From: Vicinamibacteria bacterium
GTDB lineage: Bacteria; Acidobacteriota; Vicinamibacteria; Marinacidobacterales; Marinacidobacteraceae
Direction of reading: 5' to 3'
Length of the DNA stretch: 64,000 nt
Assembly: GCA_963555995.3 (NCBI GenBank)
Contig: OY821641.1
Location: 800,001-864,000 of the forward strand
The notes under the pieces are model-generated. The model did no database searches. It worked only from the letters and a program-made list of their open reading frames with translations, and was not told the origin of the DNA. The position numbers were made by a program, and so were the translations under genes. Of this stretch, positions 57,614 to 64,000 are shown piece after piece (the first letter of the stretch is position 1; the number at the start of each line of letters is the position of its first letter).

Positions 57614-59209
57614 TCAGATTCCGCTCGCCAGGGCGGCCGCCGCCGCTTCGGCCTCGGCCTTGCGTTTGCTGGGGCCGACCCCCCTTCCGAGGGCGCGGCG
57701 GCCCGCGAGCACTTCCATGACAAAGGTCTTTTCGTGCTCCGGGCCGCTCTCCGAGATGAGTCGGTACACGGGGAGGCGACCCTCTTTCTTCACGAGCGCC
57801 TCCTGCAGGGTCCCCTTCGGATTTTCGGTCGCGGCGACGGCCGTTGGGCTCTTCCCGGCCGCTCCTCGTCGTGGTCGGCTCCGCCTGCGGGCGGACCGGC
57901 GTTCGAGCCGTTCGAGAGCCCGCCGCGCGGCGTCCTTCTCGGCCTCCTTGAGGCCTCGCCCAACCCCGGTTTCGACGAGTCCATCGGCCAGCCGCAGGGT
58001 CACGGACACCGTCCCGTCGCTCCGCGAGCTGCGCGGTCCGCGTTTGGGCTCGTACCTGGGAGTCTCCTTGCCCGCCTGGGCGAGGCGGTTCTGGAGCAGC
58101 GTCTTGGGGTCGAGGAGTTCCAGGTCGGGATCCCGGAGCTCCTCGAGGGCGGTTGCGAACGGCCGGCCCAGGGCCCGGCGGGCGGCCTCCAGGCGGCCGT
58201 CCAGGTAGAGCGCCCCCATCACGGCCTCCGCGGTGGCCGCGGCGTCGTCCGCGTCCCCGAGTGACCAGTGTTCGTTCAGCGTGCGGGTGAACTCCCGGCT
58301 TTCGAGCCGCATCCGGGCGAGGGTCATCCTCCCCTCGTCCCACTCGGGGAATTGGTCATGAAGCGCCTCGGCCAGCACCAGGTGAAGGACATCCCGCCCG
58401 AGGAAGCGCAGTGCGGGCCGGTTCACCGATCGGGCCGCTCCCGGAGGTCTCGGGGACCCGAGGGACGGGCGCCGCCGCCCCCGCGTTCGCCGCTTTCTGC
58501 CCCGGCGGTTCCTGGAGGCGCGTTCCCGGCCCGCGTCACCCGGGTCGAGCGCCGCGGCCAGGATTCCGGGATCGGCGAAGGTGTATCCGAGGGCGCGTTC
58601 GACCCTCTTGCGCAACAGGAGGAGACGGCGGGCGAACCGGATGCCGAGCGGGCCGATGGATCGCAGTCCGCTGCCGGCTCGACGGACCCATCCCGGAACG
58701 CCTTCCGGCGGCTTCAGCCGGAGCCGCTGCAGCTTCTGCCTGAAGGCCACGCCCAGGACGCCGCGCGCCGCCGGCATCCCGCCGTCGAGATAGGCGGCCC
58801 CGAGGACGGCTTCGAAGACGTTGGCGAGGATGCGGTCGGAAGATCGGACTTCTTCACCGGCGTTGCGCCCGCGGCCGACCCGAATGCCCTCGTCCAGCGA
58901 GAGGGCGCGGGCCGCCGCGGCCAGCGACTGGTTGCTCACCAGTTCCGACTTGGTCTCCTGCCGCCGTTGTCCGTCCCAGTTCGGCCGCTGGAAATGCATG
59001 GACTCGGTCACCACGAGTCCGAGCGCCGCGTCGCCGACGAATTCCAGCCTTTCGTAGTCCGCGACCGCGTGGTCGTTTCGATAGGAGCCGTGCGTCAGGG
59101 CTTCCTCGAGAAGCTCGAGGTCCTGGAAGCGGTACCCCAGATCCCGGGCGAACTCGAGGACCGGCCGGTGTTCGGATGCCGGCGCCCGCCGTCTTCGTCT
59201 GCGGGCCAT
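57614..59209 (-). CDS. rnc: ribonuclease III with two tandem RNase III domains and two dsRBDs
   Basis: Domain A: LGYRF..ALTHGS..YERLEFVGDA..ANVFEAVLGAAYLDGG. Domain B: LGYTF..ALRFLGRDVL..DEGRMT..AEAVMGALYLDG. dsRBDs: DPKTLLQ..KEAEKDAA and NPKGTLQE..GPEHEKTF..SKRKAEAEAA. Confidence 0.88.
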   Translation of the reverse strand: MARRRRRRAPASEHRPVLEFARDLGYRFQDLELLEEALTHGSYRNDHAVADYERLEFVGDAALGLVVTESMHFQRPNWDGQRRQETKSELVSNQSLAAAARALSLDEGIRVGRGRNAGEEVRSSDRILANVFEAVLGAAYLDGGMPAARGVLGVAFRQKLQRLRLKPPEGVPGWVRRAGSGLRSIGPLGIRFARRLLLLRKRVERALGYTFADPGILAAALDPGDAGRERASRNRRGRKRRTRGRRRPSLGSPRPPGAARSVNRPALRFLGRDVLHLVLAEALHDQFPEWDEGRMTLARMRLESREFTRTLNEHWSLGDADDAAATAEAVMGALYLDGRLEAARRALGRPFATALEELRDPDLELLDPKTLLQNRLAQAGKETPRYEPKRGPRSSRSDGTVSVTLRLADGLVETGVGRGLKEAEKDAARRALERLERRSARRRSRPRRGAAGKSPTAVAATENPKGTLQEALVKKEGRLPVYRLISESGPEHEKTFVMEVLAGRRALGRGVGPSKRKAEAEAAAAALASGI

Positions 59210-59210
59210 C

Positions 59211-61457
59211 TCAGTCCACCCGAACCAGGACCATCGTCAGATCGTCCGAGTGGGTCTCGGTGCCGGTGAACTCGAGGACCGCGTCTTCGACCGTCCGCTG
59301 GAGGTCCGCCGGGGTGAGGGCCGCTCCCTCTTCGAGGAGCCGCATCAGCCGTTCCTCGCCGAACATGTCGGATTCCGCGTTCATGGCCTCCGAGACGCCG
59401 TCGGTGAAGAAGAGCCAGGTCTCGCCTCCCCGGAGGCGTTCCGAGCGCTCTTCCAGGATCTCGTCGAAGACCGGCCCGGGATCGAGGGCCAGCCCGAGCC
59501 CAGGGGGAGCGAGCGCTTCCGAGCGGGGCCAGTGGCCGTCCCGCTGGACCAGATGCAGAAGCGGACTGTGGCCGGCCCGCGCAAACGTGACCAGCCGCTC
59601 CGCGGAATCGAATACCGCATAGGTGATGGTGATGAAGGTCCGTGAATCGAGCGCGGTGTGCAGGACCTGGTTCGCCTCGACCAGCACCTTGCGGGGGGAC
59701 TCGTGGATGCGGCTCAGGGCGAGCATCAGTCCCTTGAGTTCGGCCATGATGAACGCCGCCCGCGTCCCGGTGCCGGAGACATCGGCAATCACCACCCCGA
59801 GCCGATTCGGTCCGAGCGGGATCAGGTCGTAGTAGTCGCCCCCAACCTCGGTGGCGGGGCGGCAGACGGCGGAGACCGCGAATCCCGGCACCGAGACGGA
59901 TCCCTCGAGAGGGAGAAGGCGCGACTGGGACTGCCGCGCGGTCTCCATTTCCTGTTCGAGTACCGCCGCGCGCCGGAGACGCCCCATGTCGTCGGCGATC
60001 TTGGCGGTCATGATGTTGAACGAGCTCGCGAGCTCGCCGAGCTGATCGGGTGAGGCGACGCGTACCTGGTGGCCGAAATTCCCGCCGCGGACGAGCTCGG
60101 TCCCCTGGCTCAGTGCTTCGACGGACCGGGTGATCGAGCGCGCGAGCCGGAGTCCGGCGGAGAACGCGACGCACTCGATGAGCACGAACACGATGCCGAG
60201 CCCGCCGAGCACCAGGAGCAGACCGCTCCGCCAGTCCGGGTTGCTGATTGCCACGGACTCCGCGAGTCCGCCGGTGGTCCCCTGGATCAGGTGAATCGGG
60301 GCGAAGCCGATGGCCACCACGACCGTGCCTCCCTCCATCCCGGGACCCCAGGGGACGGCCTCGAGCAGCAGGGGTTCGTCCCAGTCGATCGTGAAGCGGT
60401 CCTCGTCCGTTCGCGACAGCGGGGCCGGAGCCGGTGGTTCCTCGTTCTGGTCTCCGAGATAGAGCGCCCAGACGGTCCGGACGATCAGGTCCTCCTCCCG
60501 CGCGCTCGCTTCGAGGAGCGGCGCGAGCGGCGCCAGAACCACCGCCAGGCGGTTCCCCCGGAGCCCGGGAAAGACCGCGCCGAACCATTCGGTGTCCTCC
60601 ATCTGGACCACGCCCTCGTAGGGCGCGAGCGCCCATTCCGGCACCGGATCGGACTCGCGAAGCGGTCCTCCGGCATCCGAACCGGTCAGTCGGACAATGC
60701 GCCCCTCCTCGATCTCAAGGTACCAGGCTGCCGCCCCGGGGGCGAACGGAGCGACCCGCGCCGCTGCCCCCCGGAGGCCGCGGGCGATCTCTGCGGGGTC
60801 CGCATCCGGTGAAATCTCAAGCAGGGTCTGCTGGGCGGCGGAAGCGAACGCGGTGCCCCGGGCCGCCAGGTTCGCCTGGAAGGCATAGGAGCCGAACAAC
60901 CCGAGCACCACGTAGAAGGCGAGCAGGAAGAAGGACGTGAGGAGCAGGACCGGCAGGAGCCCGACGAAGAGGTAGGAAACCGCCAGCTTCCGGCGGACGG
61001 GGTAGAGGAGCCAGCCGAGGAGATCGCGCCCGAAGTAGACGAGCACCGCGCCCAGGGTGATGACGAAGACCATCCACGCGTCCGCCGACCAGGAAGGGGG
61101 CAGCGCGCCTGCCGAGGAGAGGGAGGCGACGGCCCCGACCCCGAGCAGGAATCGGCCGGGCCACGAGCCGGTGAGCGCCTTTGCCGCGCGTTCCAGACCC
61201 CTCACGAGGGACCTGGGATGGGCGGACGCCGCCGGAGGCGGAACGGAAGGGGAGGCCGGTCTGGCGGGTCGCTCCGCGGACTTTGCGGGGTCTTGGTTGG
61301 AGATGTTCGGGAGTGCGGGTGTCTGAGGGACGGCCGTTGGCCGGATTGCCGGGTCCGGGGCGCTTCCCGGCGGGGTCCGGTTCGGCGTCCCCGGGGTTGC
61401 GCGCGCTCGCACTCGAAACCCGAGGGCCCGGCGCCGTTCGCCGGGCGGAGGATCCAC
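59211..61457 (-). CDS. membrane HAMP plus SpoIIE/PP2C-family phosphatase
   Basis: Multiple TMs; HAMP (DQLGELASSFNIMT); EVGGDYYD, IADVSG, RAGH, FTDGVSEA, SDDLT; true start probably downstream of 61457. Confidence 0.88.
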   Translation of the reverse strand: MDPPPGERRRALGFRVRARATPGTPNRTPPGSAPDPAIRPTAVPQTPALPNISNQDPAKSAERPARPASPSVPPPAASAHPRSLVRGLERAAKALTGSWPGRFLLGVGAVASLSSAGALPPSWSADAWMVFVITLGAVLVYFGRDLLGWLLYPVRRKLAVSYLFVGLLPVLLLTSFFLLAFYVVLGLFGSYAFQANLAARGTAFASAAQQTLLEISPDADPAEIARGLRGAAARVAPFAPGAAAWYLEIEEGRIVRLTGSDAGGPLRESDPVPEWALAPYEGVVQMEDTEWFGAVFPGLRGNRLAVVLAPLAPLLEASAREEDLIVRTVWALYLGDQNEEPPAPAPLSRTDEDRFTIDWDEPLLLEAVPWGPGMEGGTVVVAIGFAPIHLIQGTTGGLAESVAISNPDWRSGLLLVLGGLGIVFVLIECVAFSAGLRLARSITRSVEALSQGTELVRGGNFGHQVRVASPDQLGELASSFNIMTAKIADDMGRLRRAAVLEQEMETARQSQSRLLPLEGSVSVPGFAVSAVCRPATEVGGDYYDLIPLGPNRLGVVIADVSGTGTRAAFIMAELKGLMLALSRIHESPRKVLVEANQVLHTALDSRTFITITYAVFDSAERLVTFARAGHSPLLHLVQRDGHWPRSEALAPPGLGLALDPGPVFDEILEERSERLRGGETWLFFTDGVSEAMNAESDMFGEERLMRLLEEGAALTPADLQRTVEDAVLEFTGTETHSDDLTMVLVRVD

Positions 61458-61648
61458 CGGAGCGCGGTACGGCGCCGAGACACCGGGTCTGGCGGCGGTT
61501 CTGACGGGCAGGATGCGGCCGACCGGCCAGTTCCGCCAGGCTAGGCCCCGCCTGGAAATGGCCCGGTTACCGCAACGCGGATCGGAAGCGCCGGCGAGCG
61601 CCGGTCCGCCGAAGACGGGCCGACACCCCGAGTGCTCGGAGGAAGTCT

Positions 61649-62013
61649 AGCAGCCTGTGGTGGAACCCCCGTGAGCGCCGAGAGCGGTGAGGCACCCCGC
61701 TGACGAGGCGCGCAACAGCCTGTGGTGGAACTCGCGTGAGCACCGAGAACGGCGAGGCGCCCGGCTGACAAGGCGCGTGAGGGAGGAATACCGGGCGTAT
61801 TCCGACCGAAGCGCAACGATGAGGACCGCGTAGCGGGCCGGTTCAGCCGGGATGCATCGCCGTTCGAATGCCGTGGGAGTTTCACTGCGGGCTGTTCAAG
61901 GAGGAATACCGAGTGTATTCCGACCGAAACGCAACGCCGAGCGCCGCACAGCGGCGGGTTCCGCGGGGATGCATCGCCGCTCGAACGCCGCGAGAGTTTT
62001 GCCACCGGTTGCT
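61649..62013 (+). mobile_element. MITE-like copy D (outer: 61649-61713 plus 61897-62013), interrupted by nested copy E
   Basis: The two halves sum to about 182 bp and pair with each other (GAGCGGTGA/TCGCCGCTC; CCCCGC/GCGGGG). Confidence 0.8.
61715..61895 (+). mobile_element. MITE-like copy E (complete, nested)
   Basis: ACAGCCTGTGG...GCGGGCTGT, 181 bp, full internal core. Confidence 0.82.
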
Positions 62014-62074
62014 GGCAGCCTGTCCCGGGCCCCCCCTTCGCTCTGGCGCGCCGTACACTCCAGGTTCGCCTCCC

Positions 62075-62845
62075 ATGCGCCTCCTGGATCGCCGTCTCGG
62101 CGCGGTATTCGTCCTGGTGGCCGGTGTGGCGGGCAGTGGGCCGGCCCCGGGCCAGCAGGCCGGGAACCCGGAACGCCCCGCCATCCGGCTCTACGGAGTC
62201 GTGCAGCAGCGGGATGGGGGAGTCGCGCTCCTGCGGTTTGCCGAGGGGAGACCGCTCGCGCTCCAGGTCGGCGAGACCCATCGGGGATTCACGGTTGTCC
62301 GGGTACTTGGCGACGGCGTGGAACTGGAGGCGCCCGACGGGCGGATGCTCGAAGTGGGCCTTCCCGACATGGCGGTTCCGGAGGAGACCGGGGAGTCCCC
62401 ACCGATCCCGGGGACCCCGGTCAAGACTCGGCCGCCCGTTGAGATTCCGACAGGTCCCGAAACGTCGCCGCCGGCGCCCCCGGCGGCTGAGGCCCAGACG
62501 CCTCCGCCTCCTCCGCGGGAGGCGGGAGAGCGAACGTTCTCACGAGACGACGTGCGGCTGCGGCTTCAGTCGGAACTCCCGAGGATCCTGTCGAGCGCCG
62601 TCGTCGCCCCGCGGGTGCTCGGGAACGAGATCGTCGGGCTGGAACTCGTCGCCTTTCCCACCGACACCGTGCTCGGGGAAACCGGGCTCGTCCCCGGGGA
62701 CGTGCTCCTGGAGGTCAACGGCAGGGAAGTACGGGGAGCCGAATCGCTGGCGGTGCTGGTGCAGCGGTTTCAGACCGCGAGCCAGGTCGAACTCACCGTG
62801 GATCGCGACGGAGAGGTCTTTCCGATCCGGTATCGGATCGAGTAG
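62075..62845 (+). CDS. GspC-like protein with C-terminal PDZ domain
   Basis: N-terminal hydrophobic segment; HR-like RLYGVV...LQVGETHRGFTVVRV; Pro-rich linker; PDZ GLVPGDVLLEVNG...VDRDG. Confidence 0.6.
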   Translation: MRLLDRRLGAVFVLVAGVAGSGPAPGQQAGNPERPAIRLYGVVQQRDGGVALLRFAEGRPLALQVGETHRGFTVVRVLGDGVELEAPDGRMLEVGLPDMAVPEETGESPPIPGTPVKTRPPVEIPTGPETSPPAPPAAEAQTPPPPPREAGERTFSRDDVRLRLQSELPRILSSAVVAPRVLGNEIVGLELVAFPTDTVLGETGLVPGDVLLEVNGREVRGAESLAVLVQRFQTASQVELTVDRDGEVFPIRYRIE

Positions 62846-62883
62846 CCGGACCTCTCCGGGCTGCTCGCGGGCGCCCGGCTGCC

Positions 62884-63297
62884 TCAGCGACCGCTGAGGG
62901 CCCCGGGACCGGGCGGCTCGAGCAGCACGACGATCTCGCCGGGCTCGACCAGGTGGTGGTGGGTCTTCGCGTGGACGGCGAAGGCCGCAGGATCCTGCCG
63001 CAGCGACGCGATGGAATCCTCGAGGGCGGCGGCCTCCCGGCCGAGCCGCTCGATTTCCGCCGCCAGTTCGCTTTCCAGCCGTCCCTGCTCGTTCAGCGAT
63101 TCGAGTCCGCTCACGCCGACGGCGGCGGCGGCGACCCCGATCAGCACGATCACGACGACGGGCGCCGCGCGCTCGGTCAGTCCGGCGACGACGCGTCCCC
63201 AATCGGCGCCCTTCCGCAGAACGCCTCCCCCGATGCTCCCGAACCGGCGGCGAAGGCTCCCCACGGCGGAAGCTGCTGCCTCGAGCGAGAACTTCAT
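62884..63297 (-). CDS. septum formation initiator FtsB/DivIC family protein
   Basis: TM, coiled coil, LRQDP...AK...LVEPGEIV. Confidence 0.7.
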   Translation of the reverse strand: MKFSLEAAASAVGSLRRRFGSIGGGVLRKGADWGRVVAGLTERAAPVVVIVLIGVAAAAVGVSGLESLNEQGRLESELAAEIERLGREAAALEDSIASLRQDPAAFAVHAKTHHHLVEPGEIVVLLEPPGPGALSGR

Positions 63298-63375
63298 GGA
63301 TCCGGCGGGGACTCGGCCCTGCCCGCATTGTATGCGGAAGCCGGGAGTGCGCCGGAACCCGGAGAGTGGCCCCGC

Positions 63376-64000
63376 TCAGCGCCCGCCGCCGAGCTGCCCG
63401 GCAAGCTCCCGGAGCCGCTCGGTCTGATCTTCCAGCGAGGCGAGTCTTCCGCGCGCCTGCTCCACCACGGCGGGGTCCGCGCCGGCGAGGAAGCCGGGGT
63501 TCGACAACCGTTTCCGGGTGCTTTCGCGCTCCTTGCCGAGACGTCCGAGCTGTCGCTCGACGCGGTGGCGCAGCGCCTCGAGGTCGCCGGCTTCCCCCAG
63601 GACGGTCTGGGCCTCGAAGGCCGGGTCCACGATGGAAACCCGGCCGGCGGCGCCGGGCCCGAGGCCGGGCGGGGACGGGGCACCACCGGGCGGGACGACG
63701 GAGACGGACGTGAGCCGGGCCAGCGAAGCGACGGGTTCCCGGCACTCCGCCAGCAGGGCGCCGAACCCGGGGAGATCGGGCGACTCCTCGACCCGGACCC
63801 GAAGCCGCAGATCGGGCGGCAGTCCGGCGTCCGCGCGGAGTTTGCGGACCCCGCTCACCAGCCGCTGAAGCGCCTCGAAGCGCTCCTCGAGCTTCCGGTC
63901 GCGCCTTCCCCTCCCGTCCGGGAACGCCGAGCGGGTCAGCAGGTCCGCTTCCGGCCGTTCGCCGTCCCACAGGTCCTTCCGGTCCATGGCCAGCCGGAGC
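63376..64000 (-). CDS. valS: valine--tRNA ligase, C-terminal part (5' end outside the window)
   Basis: VSGVRKLRA anticodon-binding helix; C-terminal coiled coil KRLSNPGFLAGADPAVVEQAR. Confidence 0.85.
   Translation of the reverse strand, partial: LRLAMDRKDLWDGERPEADLLTRSAFPDGRGRRDRKLEERFEALQRLVSGVRKLRADAGLPPDLRLRVRVEESPDLPGFGALLAECREPVASLARLTSVSVVPPGGAPSPPGLGPGAAGRVSIVDPAFEAQTVLGEAGDLEALRHRVERQLGRLGKERESTRKRLSNPGFLAGADPAVVEQARGRLASLEDQTERLRELAGQLGGGR

Overview
Very GC-rich bacterial chromosomal segment. GWxTD, SpoIVB-S55, FecR/DUF6600-like and VPS10-type genes suggest Acidobacteriota; this is an inference from gene content. It is mostly housekeeping: the 3' end of boxB with a thiolase, mltG, hflX, rsgA, tRNA-Thr, tRNA-fMet, pheST, a split his cluster (hisZGDCBHA facing hisF-hisIE), mtaB, nrdJ with tandem NrdR boxes, glpX, ftsB and the 3' end of valS. 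Many secreted or envelope proteins lie between them. Four things stand out. (1) An RNase III with a Drosha/Dicer-like tandem layout (RIII-RIII-dsRBD-dsRBD) in which only the first nuclease domain looks catalytic. (2) A DCC/DUF393 oxidoreductase missed by the ORF track, with an in-frame TGA at the first Cys of DxxCxxC followed by a SECIS-like hairpin (candidate selenoprotein). (3) A ~181-bp structured non-coding MITE-like element in five copies, with compensatory base changes and one copy nested inside another. (4) A REP/REPIN family whose hairpins use GNA triloops. Also noted: two pseudo-enzymes (S41, Fic), tandem squalene-synthase paralogues, a sigma-54 promoter and several apparently leaderless genes. 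All calls were made by eye from motifs; no database search was run.
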